A stretch of 64,000 bases of DNA from Macrostomum lignano (GCA_002269645.1 NIVC01001253.1:264236-328235); one strand, 5' to 3'; positions 1-42,015 are shown, numbered from the stretch's first letter. The notes: generated by a model not told the origin, from the sequence alone. Translations and numbers: made by a program.

Positions 1-369
1 TTGCCAAGTGTTATTCTAACACCTGATCCTCGGTTTAGGTGTGCGGGTACTGTGTTGCGCAATCATGCCCGGAGCCACCCCTGTCTTGTCTGCAGCCATC
101 GCAGAGAGGGAATTCATGCAGAAAATAATTTGCTAATTTGCTGCGCTCTGCTTGTTTCGAAAAACATCTGTAATTAGCATTAGGTGTCTTATGTGCCCTG
201 CATTGTGTCTGCTTGGCACCTGTTTGACAATTGCTTTGCCGAAACTCAAAAATTTTGACATGCTGTCTGACTCATCTCTGATCTCTGTGGTAACTGCTTG
301 ATGACCGGCAGGGATTCCGGCTTGTATTTCTACCACATCTGACAGATTTGACAGCTTTACCTGGCCTAC

Positions 370-565
370 TATTCTGACACCCATCTACCTGACTCACCAT
401 TCTGACACCCATCTAAATGACTCACCATTCTGACACCCATCTACCTGACTCACCATTCTGACACCCATCTAAATGACTCACCATTCTGACACCCATCTAA
501 ATGACTCACCATTCTGACACCCATCTACCTGACTCACCATTCTGACACCCATCTAAATGACTCAC

Positions 566-575
<10 letters not shown>
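370..575. repeat. 28-bp minisatellite x7 overlapping a teneurin splice donor
   Basis: Minus-strand unit GTGTCAGAATG|GTGAGTCATTTAGATGG. Confidence 0.95.
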
Positions 576-29857
<29,282 letters not shown>

Positions 29858-30189
29858 GACGCTCTCATGCAAACGTGGATTCTTCAACGAAACCGAATAT
29901 ATTGGGGTATTCTTTTCATGTCGAAAGTCTGTTGTTTCGTTATTAAATTTTTCCCCAAGCTTCCTTTCCTTGGCTTAGCTATAAACCGGGATTCAGTTTT
30001 AATATACGATTCTGTATGACTGCCGGCTAGCCAATAAAGTGACAGCGATAGCTCCTATTGGCTCAAGCTGTGCATATGCTCTCGGATGCATGCCATTGGT
30101 TCAGACGGGGAGTTCTAAAACCAGTCAACTGGATTTTGGTTTGTGGAAAGCATTGACTCGGTGGGAAATTACACTCATTTTGAAGTGTG

Positions 30190-30730
30190 GGAGCTCACTG
30201 TGGTGTCTCAGTGTCTGGGAGCTCATTGTGGTGTCTGGGTGCTCATTGTGGTGTCTGGGAGCTTATTATGCTGTCTCGAGGAGCTCATACTGGTGTCTCG
30301 AGGAGCTCATTGTGGTGTCTGGGATCTCGAGGAGCTCATTGTGGCTGTCTGGGATCTCGAGGAGCTCATTGTGGCTGTCTGGGATCTCGAGGAGCTCATT
30401 GTGGCTGTCTGGGATCTCGAGGAGCTCATTGTGGTGTCTGGGATCTCGAGGAGCTCATTGTGGTTGTCTGGGATCTCGAGGAGCTCATTGTGGCTGTCTG
30501 GGATCTCGAGGAGCTATTTTGTGGCTGTCTGGGATCTCGAGGAGCTCATTGTGGTGTCTGGGATCTCGAGGAGCTCATTGTGGTGTCTGGGATCTCGAGG
30601 AGCTCATTGTGGCTGTCTGGGATCTCGAGGAGCTCATTGTGGCTGTCTGGGATCTCGAGGAGCTCATTGTGGCTGTCTGGGATCTCGAGGAGCTCATTGT
30701 GGCTGTCTGGGATCTCGAGGAGCTCATTTA
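30190..30730. repeat. 30-bp minisatellite upstream of the teneurin ATG
   Basis: GGGATCTCGAGGAGCTCATTGTGGCTGTCT. Confidence 0.95.
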
Positions 30731-31189
30731 GGTGTAAGATGGATGCTTTTTCTGTGCCCAGGTAACTAAGAGTAATTAGCTGGTTAAAAAGTGCATGAAT
30801 TTGAAGTATACTCGAAATATAAAACAACTTGTCATCAAAGCTTCTTCTTACATGTAAAAGCGTTAGTTTGTGTCATTTAACAAAGCAATCAACTGCAAGT
30901 AACCCTATATTAGCTAGTATATAGCTTTATAGATATATAAATACTATATGGAGCTTTCAAAAGCTCAACGAAGCAATATTTCTATGAGATATTCTTTCCC
31001 AAGCTCTATTACTCGTAGGCACTCTCGCTATAGTTTTAAAAATTGAAGACCAAGACAACAGAAAGCTTAAGTTTATAGCATAGGGTTTATATTTTCAAAA
31101 ACAAAATTGCTAAATAAACGGTTCGATCGACAATTTAACTTAGCAAACGCGCTAATCTACTATTAAAATGGAGTTCGCACAGCAACTGT

Positions 31190-32113
31190 TCACTTTCGGT
31201 AGCTCTTTTTGCTGCCGTAGCCGTACGCCTTGTCGTAGCCGCCGTAATAATCGTTGTAGCCGTAGATATCGGCATAGCCAGGATAGTAATCGCCATAGTA
31301 ATCGCTGTAGTCGTAACCGTAGTCCTTGGCATAGCCGTAATCCTTCTTGCCGTAGCCGTAATCCTTCTTGCCGTAGCCGTAATCCTTCTTGCCGTAGCCG
31401 TAATCCTTCTCGCCGTAGCCGTAATCCTTCTTGCCGTAACCGTAATCCTTCTTGCCGTAGCCGTAATCCTTCTCGCCGTAGCCGTAATCCTTCTTGCCGT
31501 AGCCGTAATCCTTCTCGCCGTAGCCGTAATCCTTCTTGCCGTAGCCGTAATCCTTCTTGCCGTAGCCATAGTCCTTCTTGCCATAGCCATAGTCCTTCTT
31601 GCCATAGCCATAGTCCTTCTTGCCGTAGCCATAGTCATTCTTGTCATAGCCGTAATCCTTCTTGCCGTAGCCGTAATCCTTCTTGCCGTAGCCGTAATCC
31701 TTCTTGCCGTAGCCGTAATCCTTCTTGCCGTAGCCGTAATCCTTCTTGCCGTAGCCGTAATCCTTCTTGCCATAGCCGTAGTCCTTCTTGCCGTAGCCGT
31801 AATCCTTCTTGCCATAGCCGTAATCCTTCTTGCCGTAGCCGTAATCCTTCTCGCCGTAGCCGTAATCCTTCTCGCCGTAGCCCTTCTTGTCATAGCCGTA
31901 GTCCTTCTTGCCGTAGCCGTAGTCCTTCTTGCCGTAGCCGTCGTCCTTCTTGTCGTAGCCGTCGTCCTTCTTGTCGTAGGTCTTGTAGCTACCATAAGTT
32001 GCTACTGGATATTTGTAATCGTCTTTGTAATAGAGCTTCTCGTAGTCCTCGCGACTATTGTAGCCGCCGGCTAGGGCCACTGTGGCCAAGGCGAATAGCA
32101 CAACCAGACGCAT
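31190..32113 (-). CDS. Secreted Tyr/Gly/Lys/Asp-rich heptad-repeat (GYGKKDY)n protein, 307 aa, intronless
   Basis: ATG, signal peptide MRLVVLFALATVALA, about 30 GYGKKDY heptads with synonymous variation (GAT/GAC, TAC/TAT), unique Tyr-rich N- and C-flanks, TATA box upstream. Not a satellite shadow. Confidence 0.88.
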   Translation of the reverse strand: MRLVVLFALATVALAGGYNSREDYEKLYYKDDYKYPVATYGSYKTYDKKDDGYDKKDDGYGKKDYGYGKKDYGYDKKGYGEKDYGYGEKDYGYGKKDYGYGKKDYGYGKKDYGYGKKDYGYGKKDYGYGKKDYGYGKKDYGYGKKDYGYGKKDYGYDKNDYGYGKKDYGYGKKDYGYGKKDYGYGKKDYGYGKKDYGYGEKDYGYGKKDYGYGEKDYGYGKKDYGYGKKDYGYGEKDYGYGKKDYGYGKKDYGYGKKDYGYAKDYGYDYSDYYGDYYPGYADIYGYNDYYGGYDKAYGYGSKKSYRK

Positions 32114-32221
32114 TATTGGTGCAGTAAATCAAGACGCAATATTAATTAATTAGGCGCGAAAGTACAGTTAATTGAATAAATGAATGATAGTGAGATAATT
32201 TGTGCGTCATGCTGGTCAGTA

Positions 32222-32227
32222 TTTATA
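32222..32227 (-). promoter_or_regulatory. TATA box of the Tyr-rich protein gene
   Basis: TATAAA on minus strand about 110 bp upstream of ATG 32113; Inr-like TCACT/TCATT about 25-35 bp downstream; CCAAT boxes near 32250 and 32360. Confidence 0.55.
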
Positions 32228-33056
32228 GACTGCGAAGCTCAATTCCACAGCCAATCGGCAGACGGGGGAGGGTAAGAGATTTCAAGCTGGTGGGGTGATT
32301 CAGCGAGCCAAAATAAGGCCTAAAGGGTAAGAAGGGTTTGAGGCCGCGGAGCTCGCTGATTGGCTGACGTGGCTGCGATCTCCACCCCAATACTAAGAGG
32401 AGGGTGTGGCAGCCAAAGCCCTACGGGGGGTCTTAACCAAATGACAGGCTAGAGTAAGATTTCTGGACTTGGGTGGAGGGTGGGGGGTTTTGCAGTTGTA
32501 TTGACTGGCTGACTGTAAAACTATATACACTAAAAATAGCCTCAATTAGCATTCCGCACCCACCCCTTGTTTTTATCGGCTTTCAATACAGACAACGAAT
32601 TTTGACCTCCACACTTAAAGCTAGTTGAGCATTGAAAGAGGGGGGTAAATGGCTGCTGACTCACTGTTCTCTAACTTATTAAAAAAACAATATTTACGCG
32701 GAAAATGGTCTGATTATAAGGAGTACACAACACACTCAAACATTTCTGCAATAAAGTTAGCCGTGTACTTTTGATTTAACACCTATTGAAACTGCATGGC
32801 AATGAATAATGACGGAATGTTTATCATTGATAACTTAGAACTTATTTGATAGTCTTAGAAAACGGATGAATTCTTTTATCTTCACTTTCCTCTTCGAACC
32901 AATTGACTCAATTAACACACGCTAGAAGTTCTCGCCCAAACTGTAGGTGATGCAAGTTGCGTCACAAAGCTCTAACTTAAACTGGTGAGGAGAGAGTGGA
33001 GATTTATGGCTAGAATGGCTAGAGTGGAGTTAAAGCTACCACTTGTTGATCCGGGG

Positions 33057-33767
33057 TGCTGGCCCAGCAACGGAGTATCTGGGAGGCTGGCCCAGCAACT
33101 GAGGATCTGGGAGGCTGGCCCAGCAACTGAGGATCTGGGAGGCTGGTGGCCCTTCAACTGAGGATCTGGAAGGCTGGTGGCCCAGCAACTGAGGATCTGG
33201 GAGGCTGGTGGCCCAGCAACTGAGGATCTGGGAGGCTGGTGGCCCAGCAACTGAGGATCTGGGAGGCTGGTGGCCCAGCAACTGAGGATCTGGAAGGCTG
33301 GCCCAGCAACTGAGGATCTGGGAGGCTGGCACAGCAACTGAGGATCTGGGAGGCTGGTGGCCCAGTAACTGAGGATCTGGGAGGCTGGCCCAGCAACTGA
33401 GAGAAGGCTGGCCCAGTAACTGGGGATCTGGGAGACTGGCCCAGAAACTGAGGATCTGGGAGGCTGGTGGCCCAGCAACTGAGGATCTGGAAGGCTGGCC
33501 CAGCAACTGAGGATCTGGGAGGCTGGTGGCCCAGCAACTGAGGATCTGGGAGGCTGGCACAGCAACTGAGGATCTGGAAGGCTGGCCCAGCAACTGAGGA
33601 TCTGGGAGGCTGGCACAGCAACTGGGGATCTGGGAGACTGGCACAGCAACTGAGGATCTGGGAGGCTGGTGGCCCAGTAACTGAGGATCTGGGAGGCTGG
33701 CCCAGCAACTGAGAATCTGGAAGGCTGGCCCAGCAACTGGGGATCTGGGAGACTGGCCCAGCAATTT
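33057..33767. repeat. Second array of the 28/31-bp minisatellite family seen at 1025-2775
   Basis: Same unit and orientation, unrelated flanks. Confidence 0.95.
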
Positions 33768-34529
33768 GCCATGTTTAGTGAAACAGTTTCCCGATTCCCA
33801 AGCGATCGAACACAATGGAAGTTCATACAGCGGCTGCGTCAGCTGAACTATATGTATGAAATAAAAAACCGCAAATAAGAGCTATTTTATGACTCAATTT
33901 AAGCTTTAAGTTTGGAAACATTATGTACACGTTAATAAAAGTGAACTCAATTGATCAATTTAATATATTTTAATTGCTGCTAATCAACAGTGAAAATGGT
34001 GTGCATTATTTAGCAGTTAAAAGCAAATTTGCTATAAAACATAATGTATTATTTATGAATAATTGCCAGTTCTGTACATGCACTACACAAGCTTGTGCTC
34101 GGAGTAAGGCATCGATAAGATTAAAGCCTAGGCTAAAGATAACACTATAAACACTACTTGCAGTAGGTATAGAAAATCACAGACAATTTAGTATCTCAAA
34201 TAATATATACTTATATAGTTTATATTACAGCAACAGGCACAATACCTGAGATTGGGTCAATTTTTTTGTATCACTGCAACTTACACAGACTACTTATTTC
34301 ACAAGTAGTACGATAATACAGTGAAACAACTATTTTTCATTAAAAAAACAAGTTGGTAATCGTTAACAGGTAGGTAAACAATAGGGTATAGAATAAGTTT
34401 TAAGTCTTCATTATAATAATAAATGAACCCAACACCTGTTGCTTGTGGAAGCGGTTAAAGTACTCATATGAGTAGTGTTTGTTTAGTCTGGAACTATTAA
34501 CTAAATAACGCATCTTAAGGATTTTTGCC

Positions 34530-35530
34530 ATTGGGGTGTCCTGGACTCTCATCAGATCTCTGAGAACGGGGACGTCCTTGGACTCTCATGAGATCTCTGA
34601 GAACGGGGTGCCCTGGACTATCATGAGATCTCTGAGAACTGGGTGTGCTGGACTATCATGAGATCTCTGAGAACGGGGTGCCCTGGACTATCATGAGATC
34701 TCTGAGAACTGGGTGTGCTGGACTATCATGAGATCTCTGAGAACGGGGTGCCCTGGACTATCATGAGATCTCTGAGAACTGGGTGTGCTGGACTATCATG
34801 AGATCTCTGAGAACGGGGTGCCCTGGACTATCATGAGATCTCTGAGAACTGGGTGTGCTGGACTATCATGAGATCTCTGAGAACGGGGTGCCCTGGACTA
34901 TCATGAGATCTTTGAGAACGGGGTGCCCTGGACTATCATGAGATCTCTGAGAACGGGGTGTGCTGGACTAACATGAGATCTCTGAGAACGGGATGCCCTG
35001 GACTCTCATGAGATCTCTGAACGGGATGCCCTGGACTCTCATGAGATCTCTGAACGGGGTGTCTGGACTCTCATGAGATCTTTGAGAACGGGGTGCCCTG
35101 GACTATCATGAGATCTTTGAGAACGGGGTGTCTGGACTCTCATGAGATCTCTGAGAACGGGGTGCCCTGGACTATCATGAGATCTCTGAGAACTGGGTGT
35201 GCTGGACTATCATGAGATCTCTGAGAACGGGATGCCCTGGACTCTCATGAGATCTCTGAACGGGGTGTCTGGACTCTCATGAGATCTTTGAGAACGGGGT
35301 GCCCTGGACTATCATGAGATCTTTGAGAACGGGGTGTCTGGACTCTCATGAGATCTCTGGGAACGGGGTGTCTGGACTCTCATGAGATCTCTGAGAACGG
35401 GGTGTCTGGACTCTCATGAGATCTCTGAGAACGGGGTGTCTGGACTCTCATGAGATCTCTGAGAACGGGGTGTCCTGGACATGAAATCTTTGAGAACGGG
35501 GTGCCCTATACTCTCATGAGATCTCTGAGA
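34530..35530. repeat. 35-bp minisatellite, partly an alternating A/B 70-bp dimer
   Basis: CTGGACT(A/C)TCATGAGATCTCTGAGAAC(TGGGTGTG/GGGGTGCC). Confidence 0.95.
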
Positions 35531-36086
35531 ATGATCCCTAGACTCTCGTGGTATATTTGAGAACAGATTTTACGGGATTTTTTTCCGGATTGTTTAGGAC
35601 AGATAAACAAACAAACTCAAAGGCTGTCAAAATTTAATAGCAGCGCAAAAAAAAGCCAAAAAGCAAACAATACCCCTGACTAGTAGTACAGTGTGGTGCA
35701 AAAAAAGCATAACTCGTACGAAATTCTGTGATGAGAAAAAGCACACGATTGATGAAAGCGCACAAAGTACTACTACATGTATTACACTGCTTAAAGTAGT
35801 CAGTCGGGAGTAATTGGAAACCAATTAAACAAACCGCGTTAAAAATGTTAAATCTGGCCAAATTTACGCAATATCAATACTTTGTTTAATAAATCATAAA
35901 TTAAAACGATTGCTTTTATTAAGACTTTTTAGAAAGAGAATCCTTTCTACCCTACCCGGCTTTCGGGTCCTTTGAAACTTCACAATAGCAAACCGGCTCG
36001 TTTAAGGTTTGTGTCTGTTCTCAGCTCGTTTGTCTGTACTCACATCTCCTCTCTTATCTAATCTTTTCAATTTTATCTTATCTCTC

Positions 36087-36427
36087 GGGGGGCCGTAGCC
36101 CAGCGGTAGCCAGCGGCCCAGGCTCGATTCCAAGTGCAGTCACATTAATTTGGGGCTAAATTGGAATCTCGGCTTGGCTCTGCTCGTGCAATTAACGGCC
36201 TTGAGAGCCAACCCCCCAAGGCGCAGTGAAGTGTACATGCCTAACGATAAAATAAAGTTAGCGCCGCTGTACACTCCTGTGTGAGTGTGTGCCTGCGTAC
36301 GTATCCGCGCGCTTGTGTGCCTGCTCAGGGGAGTTGGCGGAATGGGCAGTAATGCCTCTCGCCGGTTGTGTGCCTATGTCGCTTAAAGTGCGCCAGGGTG
36401 CGCACAACCCCCTGCCTCTAATAAAAA
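36087..36427 (+). mobile_element. tRNA-headed SINE, fullest copy
   Basis: A-box TAGCCCAGCGG, B-box GGCTCGATTCC, 3' end CCCCTGCCTCTAATAAAAAAA; homologous copies elsewhere in the window. Confidence 0.7.
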
Positions 36428-36723
36428 AATCTCATCTCTCCTTTTTTATAATCTATCGACTCTTATCTCATCTCTAATCATCTCTCTTTTCTGCCCTTTT
36501 ATAATCTCTATGCTTATCTCCTCTCTTCTTCCCTATCCTCTAATCTCTCCGCTTATCTCCTCTTTCTCTTATAATCTCCACTTCTATCTTCCCCATTTTC
36601 TCATCTATTATCTGGCCGTCCGAATGGTAAAAAAGCCTTTGCCGAGCCCTGTACTACACACACAAACACAAATAAATATACAAGGCTACTGGCAATTAAA
36701 TCAATTAACAGAAAAAAGAGATT

Positions 36724-38219
36724 TCAGTATCTAAACAGAGCCACAGTGAGCAGGCCCAAGACATAGGCTGCTACTAGTTTGACATGGTGCGACACGGACA
36801 AGTTGGACAGGCTGTTCACAGTCCATAGCCAGTACGACTGCGACTGCTGCTGCTGCTGGTGTTCTTGCAGCTTTGCGACAGATTCTTCTGAACTGATGCC
36901 TTGATACAGCGGCATGGCCAGAAGGCTCACACACACAACGGCTAGGCTCAGGGTAAACCCCAACGGTAGCGGCGCTTGTGTCGCTCCCGGCATCAAGGTC
37001 GTCGACGTGGACAAAGTCGGATTATTGTCGAACCGTCGCTGCGTTGGCAAAGACGACCCGCCGGTTGTCGAACTCAGCGGCGACGGCACGCCGACAGGTT
37101 CGACAAATTGACCAGCGCCGCTTTGAGCAGCCGAGCTCAATGGCACGTCGAGTCGGAGCACGCAGTCGACATCTCGATAGCCAATTACTGAGCTGCCAGA
37201 CTGGCTGTGTAGTTGAATGCGAAGCCGGTGTTTCGCTACCGGCGAGTCTTCGGTCAGGCTGCGAAAGTCCTGAGCTCGAATCAGCCTATGAGCGGGGTGG
37301 TTGGGGTTGCTTGGCTTGATTTCTAAGAAAGAGCTACTTTTGGACAGAGTGGTTTCTAAGAAATGAACTATCTTAGAAAGAGTGGTTTCTAAGAAATGAA
37401 CTATCTTACACAGTGGTTTCTAAGAAATGAACTATTTTAGACAGAGTGGTTTCTAAGAAATGAACTATCTTAGAAAGAGTGGTTTCTAAGGAATTAACTA
37501 TCTTAGAAAGAGTGGTTTCTAAGGAATTAACTATCTTAGAAAGAGTGGTTTCTAAGAAATGAACTATTTTAGACAGTGGTTTCTAAGAAATGAACTATCT
37601 TAGAGAGTGCTTTCTAAGAAATGAACTATTTTAGACAGAATGCTTTCTAAGAAATAAGCTAATGTTCAGACAGGGTGGTTTTTAAGAAATGTGATGAATT
37701 TTAGACACAGTGATTTCTAAGAAATGGACATTCTTAGAGAGGGGTTTCTAAGAAACGAACAATCTTAGAGAGAGTGGTTTCAAAGAAATAAGTTACTTTA
37801 GACAGAGTGGTTTCTAAGAAATCAGTTATTTAATACAGAGTGCTTTCTAAGAAATGAACTATTTTAGACAGAGTGGTTTCTAAGAAATAAGCTAATGTTC
37901 AGACAGAGTGGTTTCTAAGAAATGTGATGAATTTTAGACACAGTGGTTTCTAAGAATTGGGCTAATGTTTAGACAATCTACATAACAATGGTACTTACAC
38001 ATCAACACAACACTGTTTCTGTATCACACCTTTGCTCTCTCTCACTATGTAGTGATTTGGATGAGTTGATAAAATGCTAAAGGCAATTGAAGTGTTATAG
38101 ATATTGTATATAGTAAGGATTTGCTTGTGTGTATTAGCCAATTTTGCTATAAACTCCAGTTTTTGTGTTGAAACAAACACTGGGAAATCTTTAGGCTTGT
38201 TACTTCCACTGCCTTTCAT
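36724..38219 (-). CDS. MOSPD1: Motile sperm domain-containing protein 1-like, 260 aa
   Basis: Exons 38219-37999 and 37285-36724 (phase 2). FPVFVSTQKLEF...HKQILTIYN...KQCCVDV|LIR and C-terminal HHVKLVAAYVLGLLTVALFR match MOSPD1 (LPVFVFPTELIF, THKQVLTLYNP, KPQCCVDIVIR, QKLVAAYILGLITMAILR, recalled). Confidence 0.92.
37315..37975. repeat. About 33-36-bp minisatellite filling the MOSPD1 intron
   Basis: AGTGGTTTCTAAGAAATGAACTAT(C/T)TTAGA core. Confidence 0.92.
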
Positions 38220-38928
38220 TCAGATCTGAAATGGAAGACAAATTTATAAAGTAAATTATAAAAATAGCTTACATTAATCATCAAAAAGCCATCTTCTAAA
38301 AATAGGCCACATTCTTTACTAGACATTCATTAAAATACTTTATAAAAAAATTTCTAATACAAATATTACTGACTATTGGGGACATCTCTATAAGTTGCCC
38401 TAAAAATGACCAAAATATTTGAAATGAATTGGTTAGCTTAGTATAGATTGATGATTAAATCTTTAAACTTTACAATGTTTTTATCAAGGCCCTTAGCACT
38501 ATTTATATATTATATTAATGAGAATATAAGGTCACAAAAAGGATACAACAAAGTTGTTTTTAATACATGTTTAACTTAAATGAAGTGAGAAAGAGTTAAC
38601 ATTAATCATATATAGTGTTTATAATAAGTAAAATAGTCAATAGAATAGAATAAATGTTTTGATATTGGTATTATAAATGTGAAATTAAAATAATACTATC
38701 TAGCCTAAAATACATTTTAAGCAAAATAATAATAGACAAAGACAACAGAACAACTTTATAAGTCATTGTCAAACACAAAGCTTTTAAAGACCATATATAT
38801 TAATATTATATAATATATATTTTTATTTGTTTTTGTAATTATAAGTAAAAAGGTCAATATATCATGTCTAAAAAATTAAGCAATTATTTTCTTAATCAAT
38901 TTAAGTAGGTCTATAGGTCTACTGAAAG

Positions 38929-39065
38929 GGAATACAATCCCAAGATCCTAGGATCTAGTAATCTCAGGATTAGGCCTTAATCCTAGGATTCTAAATCCTA
39001 GGATCATACTTGCCTGAGATTAAAAAATCCCAGGATTGACCATTGGGATCCTAATCTTGGTTTGC
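38929..39065. mobile_element. Decayed ATCCCGGGAT-type repetitive element relic; second relic at about 42185-42300
   Basis: Iterated ATCC(C/T)A(G/A)GAT motifs that read as mutated ATCCCGGGAT units. Confidence 0.4.
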
Positions 39066-39725
39066 AATAATTCAATCATTTATACTTAAATAGTAATATC
39101 TATAGCTGAGCTATTTGTAGGGTGAAAATCATAGCTTTTGAAACATGCAGGCTAGTAAGAAGGTTAAGGCTGAAGGGATACAAAATTGAAGCTATAAGCA
39201 GATTGTAAGGAAATTGCAAGTATAATAATATATATGCTAACTGTATGCAAATGCCATATGGTAGGCCTACTCGCAGTCTAATGTAATTAATTTAAAAACC
39301 TGTGCATAAAGCCTAAAGCAATAGAAGCAAATTCCTCATTGTTTCTAATTGCAGCGCTGGCACTTACTAGATAGGAGTCAAATCATTGTTTATTAGAACT
39401 CTCCTTTTATCTCAAACCTAGCTAAAATCAAAGGTTCTAGACCTTGCATAGATTAGAAGCCTCCTATGTAAAAGACATTCTTAGGACTATTAAGACACCC
39501 TTTAGATGCCTAGCTGCCTTTGCATACAGCGTAGGAGTGGTAATAGAACTACTTTAAGCAGACCTTTACCTTCAAAAGTCCTTGGCCAAGGTTGGGATTA
39601 GAATAATGGGACCTTGCTATCAGACCACAACCCAAGCTAGGGCCTATCAGTTCTCTATCTAAGGTGGGTACCCCTAGGAAGATGAGGTCTAAGTCTTTGA
39701 TATCAGCCTATATATCAGGGTCCTA

Positions 39726-42015
39726 GTCATTTCGTCAACTGGCATTTCGTCAACTGGCCATTTTGTCAACTCGGTTTTATCACTGGTTGTTTCGTCAACT
39801 AGCCAATGAAGCGATATCAAACCTCGGTCACTTTATCAACTGGCCAACAGGAAGTGTTCCAACATTGGTCACTTCGTCAACTGCCAATAAACTACCCCCC
39901 CGCAGCCACAAAAAGGTAAAACTGAACCCTGAAATGACTAAGTCGACAGGCTAATTAATATTCATACCCTTCTGCAACATCTGCTGGCTTTCAATTGATG
40001 CGTCTCTGTTATACGCTTGTACATTTACTAACAAAATATAATGCGCTCATGTGTTTGAAACGTGTGCAGCACGACGGGGTTGACATCCCGTGTTACACAT
40101 TTGTATATGTTAAATTTTGAATGCAGAAGTTAATTAAGAAGTAGTACATGTAGTTGAGGAGAACCCGGACCAAAGATAACGCTTAAAGTGGCTGGGTCCT
40201 CTATTTGCAAAACATACATATAGAAAGCATTCCAAATCAAGCCATTACATACATGAATGTGGTCATATATGACTGCGCAGCAGGTCGCTTGGACGGAACA
40301 GGTCAGCGCGGTGATACAAAAGCCGTGTTGGTCACTCACGTAGGCAATCTTGAAGGCGGCGCGCAGCAGGCCAGCGTGCACCACGTCAACTTGTTGCTCA
40401 AGCGACTTCATCAGCGTCCAGGTCTTGACAGTGTACAGCAGGACAGTCTCGATCACCGCCTTGCCTGGAACAACGCTGCCCTCTGGCAGTCAGCTGTACA
40501 TTAAGCTGGCCTTGGACTGCAGGATTCCCCCAGACTACATGTAAATGTACTGTAGCTCAAGCCAGTAGTGTCGGAACATGTTTCAGAGTGGGGGAGGGGG
40601 GGCTATTTGATGGGAGGGCCATTGCACATAATTTCTTCTTATCTAAGGGCACCCAAACTCCTGCTGTTATATGAGTTTGTGGCTATATGACATAACCAGC
40701 CCAATATTCAATTCTGTGTTGGAGTAGCCAAAAGTCTAGCTGAAAATGCTCAAATTTTCAACTAATTCAAACATTGCGCAACTGTACTGCACTCATTTTA
40801 ATTGGACTGCACTTAAGTGACTTCAGTGGTCCTTGAATAATTTATTTAGTATATAGTCATAGATATCTCAAATGAATGAAAATTGCATTCTTCTATTTCA
40901 TCTCTCCTCTCGATCGTATACTCTCTTATCCTTATTCCTTCGCCTCTCATTTTTTCTTTGAGTATGCCAGCTCACATTTCTCTTCTCTATTCCCTATCCT
41001 CAATCTCCCTCCTTTGGCTTGCAATCATCAGGGACTCCTAGGTGCATATTGCTTAGGGGCCCAGCAAAGCGGACCCAGAAGGGGCAGTCATCATTTTGCT
41101 AGGTTCTCAATCTGGCCCCTTGAGGTAAAAAGTTTGCTGACCCTACACGTAAAAGCACTAGGCTTAGGCACATGGCCAAGTCTTGTGCAGCTACATGAGC
41201 AGGAATGCACGAATCAAGAGCACACCGCTGTGGTACTGCACCCAATATTGCCGATCAGTTTGCGCGTCTGCCTGTGCCTTTGCGTCTATCTGCTTGTGTC
41301 TGCTTGTGCCTTCTTACAGTGCATTGTACATTTTAGTGTTAAGCATGACAGGGAGTAAGGGAATATCTTATACATGTATAGCATGATCGATTGATGAGTG
41401 CGCGTGAATTGTGCATAATTATATACTCCGATCAAAAGCATTACTGGATATCAAGATTCGCTGCAGGGGCTTCAGCTGACTGTGCACAGCGGGGTGGAGG
41501 GGTAGGAAGGCATGTCCACTAATTTTCACGACTCCATATATAGGGGACTTTATAGCACTCCTCGACGCATTTTGATAGAAATACCCATGTTATGTAGTTG
41601 CATGTATGGTTGCATAACACAAATACTCAAGATTCATTAATGCCTGGACGCATATGGGTATGAGTGTGCATGGGGTGACGCATTTGCATAGAATATTTGC
41701 ATCAAAAAATTTAACCTAATGGACATGCAGTCTGGTATTGCAAAATTGCAAAATTTGTTTGTTTTTTAAAAATAAGGCAATTAATAAAACAAGTCATCAA
41801 TATAACAATAATTGTATGCTATACAAGGTATGCAGCTATATTAGCTACATATGTCATATATATATCATTCATATAATGAAAATTTTAGTCACTTTGTCAA
41901 CAAGCAAATGGGAAGGACCTAGGCATTGGTCACTTTGTCAACCACTAGTAAAGTCGCCCTAACACTTTGGTCACTTTGTCAACTGAGTTGACGAACCGCC
42001 AGTTGACGAAATGAC
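39726..42015. mobile_element. Non-autonomous DNA transposon, 2.29 kb, 18-bp TIRs with subterminal repeats
   Basis: GTCATTTCGTCAACTGGC (39726) and its exact reverse complement (41998-42015); about 6 left and 4-5 right copies of TT(C/T)GTCAAC; no transposase ORF, no clear TSD. Confidence 0.75.
40305..40530 (-). mobile_element. RTE-like LINE reverse transcriptase fragment
   Basis: AALFQA/VIETVLLYTVKTWTLMKSLEQQVDVVHAGLLRAAFKI across a frameshift; typical post-RT region of RTE-type LINEs. Confidence 0.75.

Noticed and set aside
133-384. Possible terminal teneurin exon (GKAVKSVRC...DQR*) giving a truncated protein
   Set aside because: No teneurin similarity and a weak acceptor; introns here are kilobases long, so the next exon is probably outside the window. 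Not excluded without cDNA.
31135-32127. Overlapping ORFs RSRNPSC (+) and TATARRI (-)
   Set aside because: Shadows of the heptad gene; only the GYGKKDY frame has ATG, signal peptide, TATA and synonymous variation.
36087-36135. tRNA gene
   Set aside because: Has A/B boxes but no complete cloverleaf, and continues into dispersed repeat sequence; called as a SINE head.
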